Of a stretch of DNA of 64,000 nt, positions 35,200 to 48,194 are shown piece after piece. This stretch comes from Malacoraja senta. Lineage: Eukaryota. Made by a program: the position numbers and the translations under genes. The DNA lies in assembly GCA_038087875.1 (NCBI GenBank), contig CM075993.1, positions 8,744,001-8,808,000 on the forward strand, in the 5' to 3' direction. Each line of letters opens with the position of its first letter. Within the stretch, counting starts at the first letter, position 1. The notes beneath the pieces were generated by a model. It did no database searches and was not told the DNA's origin. It was given only the letters and a program-made list of their open reading frames with translations.

Positions 35200-36508
35200 A
35201 ATTTAGTCCATTCTTCTTTGCAAAATAGCTCAAGCTCAGTCAGATTGGATGGAGAGCGTCTGTGAACAGCAATTTTCAAGTCTTGCCAGAGATTCTCAAT
35301 TGGATTTAGGTCTGGACTTTGACTGGGGCATTCTAACACATGAATATGCTTTGATCTAAACCATTCCATTGTAGCTCTGGCTGCATGTTTAGGGTCGTTG
35401 TCCTGCTGGAGGGTGAACCTCCGCCTCAGTCTCAAGTCTTTTGCAGACTCTTAACAGGTTTTCTTCCAAGATTGCCCTGTATTTGGCTCCATCCATCTTC
35501 CCATCAACTCTGACCAGCTTCCCTGTCCCTGCTGAAGAAAAGCATCCCCACAGCATGATGCTGCCACCACCATGTTTCACAGTGGGGATGGTGTGTTCAG
35601 GGTGATGTGCAGTGTTAGGTTTCCGCCACACATAGCGTTTTGCATTTAGACCAAAAACTTCAATTTTGGTCTCATCTGACCAGAGCACCTTCCTCCACAT
35701 GTTTGCTGTGTCCCCCACATGGCTTGTGGCAAACTGCAAACGGGACTTCTTATGGCTTTTTTCAACAATGGCTTTCTTCTTGCCACTCTTCCATAAAGGC
35801 CCGATTTGTGGAGTGCACGACTAATAGTTGTGCTGTGGACAGATTCTCCCACCTGAGCTGTGGATCGCTGCAGCTCCTCCAGAGTTACCATGGGCCTCTT
35901 GGCTGCTTCTCTGATCAATGCTCTCCTTGCCCGGCCTGTCAGTTTAGATGGACGGCCATGTCTTGGTAGGTTTGCAGTTGTGCCATACTCTTTCCATTTT
36001 CGGATGATGGATTGAACAATGCTCTGTGAGATGTTCAAAGCTTGGGATATTTTTTTATAACCTAACCCTGCTTTAAACTTCTCCACAACTTTATCCCTGA
36101 CCTGTCTGGTGTGTTCCTTGGGCTTCATGATGCTGTTTGTTCACTAATGTTCTCTAACAAACCTCTGAGGCCTTCACAGAACAGCTGTATTTATACTGAG
36201 ATTAGATTACACACAAGTGGACTCTATTTACTAATTAGGTGACTTCTGAAGGCAATTGGTTGCACTGGATTTTATTTAGGGGTATCAGAGTAAAGGGGGC
36301 TGAATACTTTTGCACGCTACACTTTTCAGTTTTTTATTTGTAAAAAAATTTGAAAACCATGTATCATTTTCCTTACACTTCACAATTATGCGCCACTTTG
36401 TTATTGGTCTATCACATAAAATCCCAATAAAATACATTTACGTTTGTGGTTGTAACGTGACAAAATGTGGAAAAGTTCAAGGGGTATGAATACTTTTGCA
36501 AGCCACTG
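35200..36508 (-). mobile_element. Tc1-family transposon (IR/DR type), one TIR plus frameshifted, 3'-truncated transposase
   Basis: TA-CAGTGGCTTGCAAAAGTATTCA terminus at 36508, inner direct repeat ~36295-36320. ORFs 35646-36128 (HTH, GRP), 35389-35739 ([19 protein letters not shown]) and 35145-35435 ([19 protein letters not shown]). Confidence 0.93.
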
Positions 36509-36510
36509 TA

Positions 36511-37140
36511 AATTCCCTCGGTGAGTAGAAGGGTTTCCAGTTTATAAAGAAGGATTCTAGGTTGAGAGAGCAGAAGTTTTACATTACCGTGATGTCGTTG
36601 CACCAGTCCTAGTTGGTATAGAAGCATATTCCACCGACTTGATTTCCCCGCTGCCGTCACTTCGTCCGCTCTGTGAAGTTGGAAGCCAGCCAGTTGCAGC
36701 TCCCTGTCCGGGGTCGACTCACACAGCCAGGTCTCAGTGAAGCAGGGCTGTTGCTCGAGAGATGTCCTTGTTTGTCCGGCGCAGGAGTTGCAGTTCGTCC
36801 ACTTTGTTGTTGAGAGAACGTACATTTGCCAGGAATATGCTCGGGAGCAGTGTGTGTGATCCTAGTCGCCGGAGTCGGGTGAGTGCTCCACAGAGCTTCC
36901 CACAGGTCCTCCACTGTCTCAAGACCTTGAATGCAGCCACAGCCCCGTCAACAAGTATGTCCAGGTAATCCAGTTAGTCAGAGAAATCCGGAACGATATT
37001 TGGAGGTACCGTATGTCCGTTGTTAATGCGTACCTCTCTCGTGAAAGTGATCTTTGTAAAGTTTTCACAGACAACACAAATGAACAAACGCATTCAAAAC
37101 AGCAAGAAGCAGTACACCGTGGCAGCCATTGTTAGCGCCA
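36511..37140 (-). mobile_element. Rex1/Babar-like LINE 5' portion (APE N-terminus), interrupted by the Tc1
   Basis: LPSIFLANVRSLNNKVDEL and CFTETWL..QLAGFQLHRAD motifs. Confidence 0.75.
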
Positions 37141-37246
37141 GCTGGAAGTCAAAGAACTCAAACAGGCGATCGGAAGGGCCTAAAGAGGCCATGAAATTGC
37201 TCAGGTGAGTCGGATTAAAGAAAATCCCAAAGGTTTTTATACTATA

Positions 37247-38030
37247 CTAGACCAAGTGCAGACCCGTTGGGTCTGGTCCCCGAACGTGCTTCAGACCCCG
37301 GGGTCTGGTTCCCGAACGTGCTTCAGCGTCTTGACGGCGTAGGCAGCATCTGGACGGCCGTACGCAGCGTCTCGACGTCGTACGCAGCGTCTTGATGGCG
37401 TACGCAGCGTGTTGACGGCGTAGGCGGCGTACGCCGTCAAGACGCTGCGTACGACGTCGAGATGCTACGTCCGGCCGTCGGGACGCTGCGTACGCCCTCA
37501 ATGGGGCTGCGGGCCAACAGGCCGTTGAAGCGCCAGCTCTGTCACGCTGGCTGAAGACAAAGAAGGGTTGTTCCGCCGCTGCTTTTCGACGTCCTCGGAC
37601 AGAGGACTGCGAAAAGCAGCAGGGGAAGAGACGATGTTTGGCTTGAGCCAGCGTGAAAGAGCCAGCACGGGAGGGGGGGGGGGGGGTTAGTGGAGGAGAG
37701 CCGGGTGGCAGCAGCAAAAATCGGCTGGGAAAAAATTAAAATGTCGGCTTTTTGGAGGAGAGCCGGGCGCTTGAGCCAGCGTGAGAGAGACGGCCCGGGA
37801 GGGGGGGGGGGGGTAGTGGAGGAGAGGTGGGCGGCAGCAGCTAAAATCGCTAGCGAAAGAAAAAAATGGCGGTGTTTTTGGAACAGAGCCGGGCGGCAGC
37901 AGCCGTTATAGTGGCTGGCCAGCAGGAGGAGACAAAATGAGTGAGGGGGAGTTTTCACGTGTGGTTTTGGAAGGAATCAAAGGCGCAAATCTGACACAAA
38001 CACACACACAGAGTTTTAATAGTATACAGA
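37247..38030 (-). mobile_element. Non-autonomous Helitron
   Basis: Minus strand A|TCTGTATACTATTAAAACTC ... hairpin CAGACCC-AAC-GGGTCTG ... CACTTGGTCTAG|T; no TSD. Confidence 0.85.
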
Positions 38031-39164
38031 TTAAAAATAAGGGAATAACCAGGGAATTGGTAGGTCCAATCAAGGATAAAGGGGGCACATTTTGCTTGGT
38101 GTTTGGGGAGGTAGGCAAGGTATAAACAAGTACTTTCCATCTGTTTTCAACAAGGAGAACAGTGAGATCAGTGTGGAAATTGCTACTATGCAAGGCAGTT
38201 TGAGATGACGAAGGAGGTGCTGGGGCTCTTGAAGAGCATTAAGGTGGATCCTAGGTCCTGATATCCCAGATTATTGAGAGATGCAAGAGAGATTGTGGGA
38301 ACCTTGATAAAGATCTTTGTGTCTTCTCGAGCCACAGGCAAGGTACTGATGGACTGGAGAGTAGCTAATGTTGTTCCTTTGCTTATGAAGGGAAGTAGAG
38401 AGGGAAGGGAAAAGTCAATGGGAGGGAAACTATTGGAGATAGAATTTACTCCCATTTAGAAAAGAATGGGTTGATTATGTTTAGCCAGCAAGGCTTTGTA
38501 CATGGCAGGTCATGATTTACTAACTTAATTGAGTATTTTGAGGAGGTGACAAAGATGCTCGATAAGAGTAGGACGGTGGATGTTGTCTCTGTGGACTTTT
38601 GTAAGGCATTTGATAAAGTCCCCCATGGTAGGCTGATCTGGAAGATTAAGATGCACGGGATTAATAGTGATTTGGTCCTATGGATTCGGAACTGGCTTAT
38701 TGACAGAAGACAGAGGATTGTGGTGGAAGGACAATATTCAGGCTGGAGGTCTGTGACCAGAGGAGTTCCTCAGGAATCTGTGCTGGGATCGCTGCTATTT
38801 GTGATAAATATAAATGACTTGGACATAAATGTAGATAGGTTGATTAGTAAATTTGCAGATAACACCATGATTGCTGGGGTCGCAGATTGTGAGGAAGCAT
38901 GTCAAAGTGTACAGTGGAATATAGATCAGCTGCAGAAATGGGTGGAGAAATGGCAGATGGAGTTTAATCTGAGTAAGCTTGAGGTGTTGCACATTGGGAG
39001 GTCAAATGTGAGGGGAAAATATACAATTAATGACATGACCCTTAACGGTATTGATGTGCAATAGGATCTTGAGGTACAAGTCCATAACTCCCTGAGAGTG
39101 GCAACACAAGTAGATAGAGTAGTAAAGAAAGCATATGATATGCTTGCTCTCATACGTTGGAATA

Positions 39165-40317
39165 TCTATATAATTACAAGTCTCATCTTGACCACTTCCT
39201 GTCTGCGCTGTATATTGATTTTAGAAAAAACGCTACCATATATCGCTATGATTTTTGGCCATCTTACTCACAGTCCTCCTCCGCTGAGGCAGCCCCGAGG
39301 ATTTTTCCCATCGATGAAAAATAAAAAAGTTATGAGTGTTGAGATCAGCTGATTGGTCCTCTCGCCTGTCAATCCCACGATGAAGGTAACGCCCCTTCCG
39401 GGGGGGCAGACTATAAAACCTCGGATGCCTGGACGCAAGTCAGTCACTCTGCAAGATCGCGAGGGAGAGACCATGACTGTCATTCTAAGCTGTGAATCAA
39501 CTGAACTGTGACTCTGCAATGTACTTGCAATAAATGATTTGTTAGCCCTTAATGACAATGCTGCCCTGTTTGTGCTTGAAAGTGCAATGCTTAATTGGAA
39601 ATGAAATGAAATGACAATGCCATGAGTTGTTTGGCCTGGTGCCCAGCCTGTGCTTGAAACTGCAATGCTTTATTACGTCCGAATGTTTTTGGGAGGAATA
39701 AATGCTTTATTAGGTCCGACTGTGTTTGGAAGGAATAAATGCTTTAATAGGTCTGACTGTGTATGGAAGGAATAAATGCTTTCGTAGGTCCGACTGTGTT
39801 TGGAATGAATAATTGCTTTATTAGGTCCGACTGTGTTTAGTCCAAAAGTCCCACTCATTTCGTGACTTCCGCTTAGTGGACAGGTCGCGCTGATTGCATA
39901 ATTTCCGGTGAGTGCAGAGGTCGTGCTGGTTGCGTAATTTTCGGTAAGTGCAGAGGTCACGCTGAATGCGGAAGTGCCGCTGACTGCGGAAGTCGCAAAG
40001 TGGAGAGGCCGCGCTCAGCCTTGTGAGTAGATTCAAGAAAGTTTACTATCATTTATATGGTGTGTGAGTCAGTGTGTGTGAGTGTGAGTGTGTGAGAGTA
40101 TGTATGTGAGTGAGTGTGTATGTGAGTGTGTATTTGTGTGTGTGTGTGTGTGTGAGTCTGAGTGTGTGAGTGTATGTGTGTATGTGTATGTGTGTGTGTG
40201 TGTGTGTGTGTGTACGTGTGTGTGTGTGTATTGGAATTGGTGGAGAGGTGGAATTTTGCGTTGGGGGACCAGCCCTCCCATGTGAAGCTGGGACCCAACA
40301 GCTCCCACTTAGTCTAG
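39165..40317 (+). mobile_element. Non-autonomous Helitron with 37-bp minisatellite and (TG)n tract
   Basis: A|TCTATATAATTAC ... GGGACCCAACAGCTCCCACTTAGTCTAG|T inside CR1 (GGAATA|TTGAG); tandem unit TTATTAGGTCCGACTGTGTTTGGAAGGAATAAATGCT at ~39670-39840. Confidence 0.85.
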
Positions 40318-41229
40318 TTGAGTATAAAGAGTCACGAAGCTATGATGCAGCTTTTTAGAACTTTGGTTAGGCTGCAGTTGGAGTATTATGTGCAGTTCTG
40401 GTTGCCCCATTACAGGAAGGTTATGGAGCTTTGGAAAGGGTGCAGAGGAGGTTTACTCGAATGAGACCTGGATTAGGGGGAATTAGCTGCAGGGAGATGT
40501 TAGGCAGAATTGAATTGTTTTCTTTGGCATACTCAAGGTTGCGGGGAGACCTGATAGAAGTATATATAATTATGAGAGGCATAGATAGGGTAGACAGTCA
40601 AAATCTTTCCCAGGATGGATAAAAAAAAACAAATACTGGAGGTCATAGCTTTGTGAGAGGGGCAGGGTTTAAAAGAGATGTGCAGGGCACGTTTTTTATG
40701 CAGAGGGTGGTCGGTGCCTGGATCGCACTGCTGAGGGTGATAGTTGACGCAGATACATTAGTGACATTTAAGACTTTTGAATAGGCATATGGATACGCAG
40801 GGAACAGAGGGATATGGGTTATGTGCAACTAAATAAGAAATGGTCTTATCATCATGTTTGGCACAGACATTGTGGATCAAAAGCCTGTTCTTGTGCTGTA
40901 CTGTTCATTTAAATCTTTTTATTTGAATTTCACAGCAATTTGCATACATACTATGATAACAGACAGTGACAGTCAAGGCATAATTGTGCAACAGTATGTA
41001 AGCGACCCTCAAAACCCTTACCCTTACCCACCTTCAACCCACCCGAATCAGGTCGGAACCAAACGGGGACAAACAACACTCACATACGTAGGTACACAAA
41101 AATGCTGGAGAAACTCAGCGGGTGCAGCAGCATCTATGGAGCGAAGGAAATAGGTAACGTTTCGGGCCGAAACCCTTCTTCATACGTACGTACGTACGAA
41201 ACATACGTACACATCCACACACATATGGT

Positions 41230-41790
41230 AAAATAAACGAAACAAAATTTGCTAAAAAAAATAAATTAAATTAAACAAATATTTTTTTTTTAAAGTAAGT
41301 AATTAAATAAATAATTGTGGGGAGGGGGGGGGGGATTAAGGGGAAAGCAGCTGCTGTAGAACAAAACAATGGTGGAGAACACTCAGTCCTCTTCCGAGTC
41401 TGGGGACAAGTTGAGAGGGTTAAGAAGTTCAAAGAAAGGGTTCCATGTATCTAGGAATGTCTTGGTAGAGCCTTTGAGAGAGAACCTACGTTTTTCAAGT
41501 TTCAAATTGTAAAGCACCTCCTTAATCCAACGGGCGTGTGTCGGGGGACAGGTGAGCCTCCAGTTAAGCAAGATCAGTCTCCGGGCTAACAAGGTTGTAA
41601 AAGCTAGGACACGTTTCACCGCAACAGAGAGGTTGGTGTTGGGAGGGGTACCGAAAATGGCTGACATTGGGTTTGGAGGAATAGTCTGGTCGTAAGCTCT
41701 GCTTATCAATTCGAAAGCACTCCTCCAAAAGGCTGCTAGCTTAGGGCAAGACCAAAACATATGGCTATGGTTGGCAGGAGATTGCTGTAC
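41230..41790 (-). mobile_element. L1-clade LINE 3' fragment (ORF2 C-terminus)
   Basis: HMFWSCPKLAAFW...LLARRLILLNW...PPTHARW...LKLEK...F..TWNPF, typical of fish L1 ORF2 ends. Confidence 0.8.
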
Positions 41791-41799
41791 TGTTCTATG

Positions 41800-42505
41800 T
41801 TCTATTGCTGTAGGTGATTAACTTTGGCATCCTTCCTCCCTGTCCGCAACTTCACCAATTTTGGTGCCTGCATGCTTAATAACCACCCATCAACATTTAT
41901 GTCCAATATATGTTAAAAACAATAGCGGTCCCACCATAGATCCCCGTGAAGCTCCACTGCTTATAGACATCTAGCCAGAATAACGCAATACATCCTGTCT
42001 TCTCTGAGTAAGCCAGTTCTGAATCTAAAGAACCATGTCAGCGTGGGTCCCAAGTATCTTAATGTTCTAGAACAGCTTACAATGAGGGACTTCATCAAAT
42101 GCCTTATTAAAATCCATATTAACAACATCCACTGCCCTACCGTCATTGATAACTTTAATCACCTCCTCAAAAACTCAAACAAGATCGTGAGACTCGACCT
42201 ATCACGTACAAAGCCATGCTGACTGGCCCTAATTAAATCATTCTCTTCCGAATGGGAGTAAATCCTATCTCAAAGAACCCTCTCCAATAGCTTTGCTCTC
42301 TCTGGCTTGTGGCTCACCAAACTATAATTCCCTGGATTCCCTCTACTTCCATTCGTAAACTAAGTAACAACATTGGCTAGCCTCCAGTCCTCCAGGACCT
42401 CGCTTGTGGCTAGGGAAGATACAAAGATCTTCATCAAAGCCCCTGCAATCTCCTTTCCTGCCTCTTTCAATAACCCGGGATTGAACCCATCAGGCCCTGG
42501 GCCCC
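41800..42505 (-). mobile_element. Degraded CR1 ORF2 fragment
   Basis: Reverse-complement homology to 38250-38900. Confidence 0.7.
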
Positions 42506-42899
42506 CCCAGTACTTAAAAATCACGTGCACATGTGGAAAGAGAAGCAGTTTCCAAATAAAGACCCTTTGCCAGAACTAGGACAAAGAAAAACAAATTGAA
42601 GAGAAGATTAGGGAGAAATGGATAGGACAAGTAGAATGGCTGTGGAAGGACAGGTCAATGGTGCCGAGGGCAATGGGTTGTTAATGGGGCAGTTAGAGGG
42701 TGACAAAGAATTGTGATGCGTTGCAAATAACAGGTCAGGATTTCGTAAAGGACACAACAGAAACTAAACCCAAAACTAAACTTTATTTTTGTCACTGCCA
42801 ACTTACACCCTGCTTTCATATCTACATGGACAATTTTGGATTCTTCTCTTTCATTTTTGGATCCCTCTCTCCACCTCAAGGGACAGGTAGAGACAAGCA

Positions 42900-44468
42900 T
42901 CTCTATACTTATAAAACTCTGATCTTGGATGTGTGTGTATTTGTATGTGTGATGTTCGTGTGCGTTTCACATCTCCTCGAAAACACGACGGCTACGGTGA
43001 ATTTTTTACATATTCCGATAGAGATTTACGCCATGATGTCAAAAATCGCCTTATCTGAAAGTTTCATGCATTATTTCTCGAGTTATTTATGAAAATGTTC
43101 ACAAATCTCAAATAACTTAGAAAATAAATGAGATGGTCTCGTTGATAACGTCACAATGGATCTGCCTGCCTGCCTCTGCTCACGCTGCGAGTGACGTCAC
43201 CCCTGTTCTGCCTTCTGAACTTCTTGGCTTCTTAACTTTTACTTCTTTAAATTTGTCACTTAGCGTTTTTAAACTGCTGCTCAGGTCGTGCTGCACGCTC
43301 CGCTGGGCTCCTTGAAGTTCTAGAACATGGTGGCGGCGTGAGGGTGCGGGGCAGCGCGGTGGGAAGGTGGCCCTGGGAGAGGCCGTCTATGGAGACCTGC
43401 GATTACTTCGTTGATCGCAGGGACACGGGGAATCGTGACGCCTTTTCCTCGCTGGTGATCTCGATCCCACCTGTCGATCTCGGACCTCCTCTCCGTCTCC
43501 CCCGCCCGATCGTCTGTCACGCGGGTGGGTGGGCTTACCCTTGCAGAAGTCACGATCGGCGGCCCTCCGCTGATTTTGACCGTCCTCAGATCGCGGCCTC
43601 CCTCAAGTCCCTGCCGCCCGTTCGCCATGGGCCCCACAGCCCGCTCACCGTGGGCCCCGCAGCCCGCTCACCGTGGGCCCCGCAGCCCGTTCACCGTGGG
43701 CGCCGCAGCCCGCTCACCGTGGGTCCCGCAGCCCGCTCGTCATGGGCCCAGCAGCCCACTCGTCATGGGCCCGCAGCCCGCTCGCTCGCAGCCCGCTCGC
43801 CCACAGCCCGCTCAGCTCCCCTCCCCCTCTCCCCCCTCCCTACCCCTCTCTCCCCCCTCTCACCTCTACTCTCTCTCCCCCTCCCCCTCCCTCCCCTTCT
43901 TCCCCTCCCCCCTCCTCTCTGCCCCCCACCCTCTCCCCTCCCCCTCCCTTTACCCCCTCCCTCCCCATTTCACCCCCTACCCCCTCCCCGTGTGGGGTGG
44001 TTAGTGTGTGTGTGACGCCGTGAAGTCAAAAATCGCCTTAACTGAAAATGTCATGCTTTATTTCGCGAGTTATTTATGAAAATGTTCAAAAATCACTAAA
44101 AAGTTGGGAAAAACCAACTGTCTTTCGCTTATTCCCTGTGCTTAGCCCCGCTCGCAACATTGTTGCTTTCCAAGTACACTGAGTTCTGCTAGCTAGCAAG
44201 TGCAAATGCATTTTTTAAAAAGTTTTAAAATGAGGGAGGGTGCATAAGGCAAAATGAGTAGCCCCTGCGCAGTTGTCGGCTATTGGTGAGTGCTGGAATA
44301 TTGCGTTGGGGGAACGGGTTGTGTTGGAGAAAGGGGAAGTTGCGTTGGGGGACCAGGCCTCCCGTGGTGGCTATGGGTGAGTGGTGGAATATTGCGTTGG
44401 GGAACGGGTTGTGTTGGGGGACCAGGCCTCCTGTGTGACAGGTACCCAGCGGGTCCCACTTGGTCTAG
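42900..44468 (+). mobile_element. Non-autonomous Helitron with 23-bp GC-rich minisatellite
   Basis: A|TCTCTATACTTATAAAACTC ... GGTACCCAGCGGGTCCCACTTGGTCTAG|T; CAGCCCGCTCACCGTGGGCCCCG repeats at ~43630-43810. Confidence 0.85.
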
Positions 44469-44489
44469 TTAATTATTAGTCTGGGCACT

Positions 44490-45590
44490 CCACAGCTTTC
44501 TTTGATAAACCCTCCCACCTTGACTCCTGTAAGGACTATGTTTCATTATCCCAATTCATTTCGACAAATCATATTTGTTCTGATGACAAGACTTTCCACA
44601 CAAGCGCCTCTGTAGTGTGTTCCTTCTATTTCCTTAGAAGGTTGAGGAAAAATGGTATGTCAAAACAAATACTCTCTTTAACCTCTAAAGGTGTACAGTG
44701 GAGGGCATATTGACTGGTTGCATCATGGCCTCGTTCAGCAACTCGAACGCCGAAGAATGAAAAAGATTGCAAAAACTAGTAAACACTGCCCAGTCCATCA
44801 TGGGTACTGACCTCCCCATCATCGAAGGGATCTACAGGAGTCACTGCCTCAAAAAGGTAGCCAGCTTCATCAGTGACCCACACTACCCTGGCCACAGTCT
44901 CATTTCACTCTTCTCATTGGGAAGGTATAGGAGCCTGAAAACTGTAAGGGTCAGGTTCGGGAGCAGCTTCCCTACAACCATTAGGCTATTAAACACTATA
45001 TCCTCAAAATAAGCTGAACTACAAAGACTTGGAGGTATTGTTGTTGTCTTTGCACTATTATTGTGTCCCTGGACACAGCAAAGGTAGAGTTCCCTTGGTC
45101 CTCACGTTCCATCCAAATAGCCTCCACATTCAACTAATCATCCTTTACAATTTTAGCTAGCACCAAAATGATTCGACAATCAGAAATATTTTACCCCCTA
45201 CCTTCAGCATTCTAAATAAGTTGTTCCCTTCACAATTATTCACTAATTATTCATGTTGTTCCCTTCACAGTCCTCACTAATTATTCCCAATCCCATGGTA
45301 CTTTTCCATCCTAGCACGCCAGATGTAACAACTTTTCCCTTTCCACCATCCTGGTTCCCAAACATTCTTGCCAAGCAATGCAGCAATTCGCTTGCACATC
45401 TGCCAATCTAGCCTACTGCATTTTGTATTTACCATCTGGTCTTTTCTACCTTGGAAAAACCAAGTATAGATTTGGTGACTGCTTAGTGGAGCACTTTTAT
45501 TTAATGTTCAGAGTGATCATGAACTTCTGGTTGCCTGACACTTTATCTCTCTGTTCTACCGGATTCAGCATTGAAATTTCAAACTATCAA
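44490..45590 (+). mobile_element. Old Penelope fragment interrupted by a Rex1-like 3' fragment (~44625-45060)
   Basis: FACTSANLAYCI..FYLGKTK.RFGD..EH (GIY-YIG remnant); inserted LQKLVNTAQSI..HYPGHSL. Confidence 0.65.
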
Positions 45591-45769
45591 TAATTAATGT
45601 TCTCTGTCTATATTAGAACTTACCAATTTTGCTGCGCCATTCATCGATTATATTTTGTTTTCCCTAATTAGCATATTTGACCAGCTATTTGCATCACATC
45701 CCTCTTAATTGTCATCTTCTGACTACCTCATTAATAACCCATCCCCACAAACACCCACATTCCGATCTA

Positions 45770-46352
45770 TCGGAATGTTAGTGGTGGACTTTAGGAGGAA
45801 AGGAACACCCCTACCACCTGTCTCCATCAATGATGTGGATGTGCAGTTTACCAGGGAGTACAAATACCTTGGAGTGTATCTGGACAGTAAATTATCGTGC
45901 GCTGGGGCAGCAGGGCGAAGGCCGTGGACACCAATAGGATTAACAAACTCATCAGGAAGGCTGGCTCCGTCCTGGGGGCAGAGTTGGATTCAAGGGAGTT
46001 CGTCTTGGCGAAGATGATGCTACTCAAACTGCGGAGCATCTTTGACAATACAGCTCACCCCCTCCATGACACACTGGACAACCTGAGGAGCACCTTCAGC
46101 AACAGACGGGTTCCACCAAGATGCAGCGCAGAACACCACAAGAGATCCTTCTTCCCTGTGGCTATCAAACTGTACAACTCCTCCCCCTTCTGTCGTGGGT
46201 AGACTGACTCCCCTTGCCGCTCCCCAATCTTGGCACATCCCCAATCCTTTCCATTCGTCACTTTAATTTCATATTTAATGTATTTTTGTGTTTTATGACT
46301 GTTGGCAGATCAATTTCCCTCCTGGGATAAATAAAGTTCTATCGTATCGTAT
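45770..46352 (+). mobile_element. Rex1/Babar-like LINE 3' fragment, internally deleted, second subfamily
   Basis: LVVDFRR..YKYLGVYLDSKL and HPLH..RSFFPVAIKLYN; tail GGGATAAATAAAGTTC(TATCG)n. Confidence 0.7.
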
Positions 46353-47234
46353 CAGAGATATTCATTTTGTGTTATCTATTCCTACCGCCACATTTGCTGC
46401 AATTTAAAATTAATTTTTTTCCCTTGTTTCCGGTTGTGACAAAGAGTATTTGACCTGAAATGTTAACCCTGATTTCCAAACAATTTGTTTCAGATTTGCA
46501 GCATCTGTAATTTGTTTGATTTATGTTTATATCTTTTGAGCTTACTCAATTATCTTCAAAAGAAAGACTAAGACAATGAATTCTGTATACAGGCAGCCTC
46601 GTGTAGAACTTTATTCTAAACTGTAACGTTGCTTGAATCTCAGTAGCTTCCACAGGTGTCAGGTGCATTAAGATAAAGTGGAGAGAATAGGCTGCAGGAA
46701 AAAATAGAATGGAGGGGTAACATGATTGCCCTGAGAGATTCATTGTCTCAACAGGGCAAATGGTCTTGTCTACGTCATATAGAAATAATGAAAATCACAC
46801 TGACAGTCATATCTATTCTGTCTTTGTAGTGCTTTGTAGCAGAGTGGCTATGGCAGTGGACAAATTTCAGTCACAACCAGTTTGTAAAGCAAAGGCATTT
46901 CATGGATTTGTCCTTGAAGCAAGGTAAGAAAATTATTCCCCAAGCCACTTAGCAACTATGGCCTCTTGCTGAGAGCCTTCTGCCCCCTCTTCATTCCATT
47001 GATTATTCTGTGCTCAATTATTAGATGTGGTACAATTGCAATATCTGTGGTTGGAAGTGATGTTTAAGCATACCTCTAAATTTTTTTAAATCTAAATGTT
47101 ATATTTATTATTTGCCTTTTGGCAAAATTAATTTAACATGGCATTAACATCATGAATCCATAAATGCTTGATATATGAATCTAACATTCTCATCTCGGTT
47201 TATTTAGTACTCAAAATCATATAGTACCACTTAC

Positions 47235-47360
47235 CTACGCATCTTGAACCATCTGCAGTGGGTAGATATCCATGTTGACATTTACAAAAGTAACTGCCAA
47301 CTGTATTGGAACATTCACCTCCTCGACATATACCAGGAATGATAGTGCATTCATCAACAT
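47235..47360 (-). CDS. FBN2: Fibrillin coding exon, calcium-binding EGF domain (cbEGF2)
   Basis: 126-bp exon with AG acceptor (47361-47362) and GTAAG donor (47230-47234), phase 1-1. Encodes [42 protein letters not shown], matching the cbEGF consensus and closely resembling FBN2 cbEGF2. Paralogue (FBN2 vs FBN3) judged from memory. Confidence 0.9.
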   Translation of the reverse strand: MLMNALSFLVYVEEVNVPIQLAVTFVNVNMDIYPLQMVQDA

Positions 47361-47537
47361 CTAAACAATAAAAGAGTTCAGGGTTAGCATTCATCATTTG
47401 GGAAATTTAGTACAAAAGTTGGGACACAAGAAACAAGCAATATCTTGTTACAGCTGTTGGGGACATTGGGGAGTCTGCACCACGAATAATGTGTGCAGTA
47501 TGGTCACCTAGCTCTTGGAAGGATGTGATTAAAATGG

Positions 47538-47850
47538 GGGGCACTGTGGCATAGCTGGTAAAGTTGTTGCTACACAGCACCAGAGACTCAGATGCAATCC
47601 TGACCTCGGCTGCTGTCGGTGTGCAGTTTGCATGTTCTCCTCGTGACTGCATGGGTTTCCTCTGGGTGCACAGTTTGCTCCCACATCCTAAAGATGTACG
47701 GGTTTGTAGTTGAATGGACTCTGTAAATTGCTGCTAATGTGCAGGGAGTGGATAATAAAGTAGGGTAACATAGAACTAATATCAACGAAGGATCGATAGA
47801 CAGAGTGGACTCAAGCCAAAGGGCCTGTTTCCATGCTGTATTGCTAAAAC
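47538..47850 (+). mobile_element. tRNA-derived SINE (V-SINE/HE1-like)
   Basis: Degenerate A/B boxes, TTTGCATGTTCTCC core, AAGGGCCTGTTTCCATGCTGTA CR1-like tail. Confidence 0.7.
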
Positions 47851-48194
47851 CTGAGCTAAAGTTTAAGAGGGTCCAGAAAAGATTCACAAGGATATTGTCA
47901 GGGTTCCGGAGTTGAGTTGTAAAGAAAGAATGGATGGACTGGGATTGGTTTGGGAAAGACATGGAGCGATGGAGGCCGAGGGATGACCTTATGGAGGTTT
48001 ATGAAATGATGAGGACCATATATAAGATATATGGTTGCAGTCTATTAAATCAGGGTTGCAAAGTCTAAAACTAAAGGGCATAGGTTTCATATGAGAAGGG
48101 AAGTTTTGCAGAAGATCTGAAGGGCAAGTTTTTCCACACAGAAATTTGGAAAGAAATTTGAACTAGTTCATGGATAGGAAAGGTTTTGGGGATA

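Larger units (their letters stand above)
37150..40910 (+). mobile_element. Old CR1 LINE interrupted by two Helitrons
   Basis: DWRVANVVPL, VDFCKAFDKVPH, GVPQESVLG, SKFADNT, ERVQRRFTRM; host sequence rejoins across 37247-38030 and 39165-40317. Confidence 0.85.

Noticed and set aside
39670..39840. 37-bp repeats resembling a CRISPR array
   Set aside because: Units are contiguous with no unique spacers, there are no cas genes and the context is eukaryotic; this is a minisatellite within a Helitron.
40053..40308. His/Thr-repeat ORFs
   Set aside because: Translation of a (TG)n/(CA)n microsatellite.
43338..44023. Long Pro-rich ORFs (also 48883-49926 and 52804-53977)
   Set aside because: Stop-poor frames produced by GC-rich minisatellite and polypurine/polypyrimidine tracts inside TEs; no splice or domain support.
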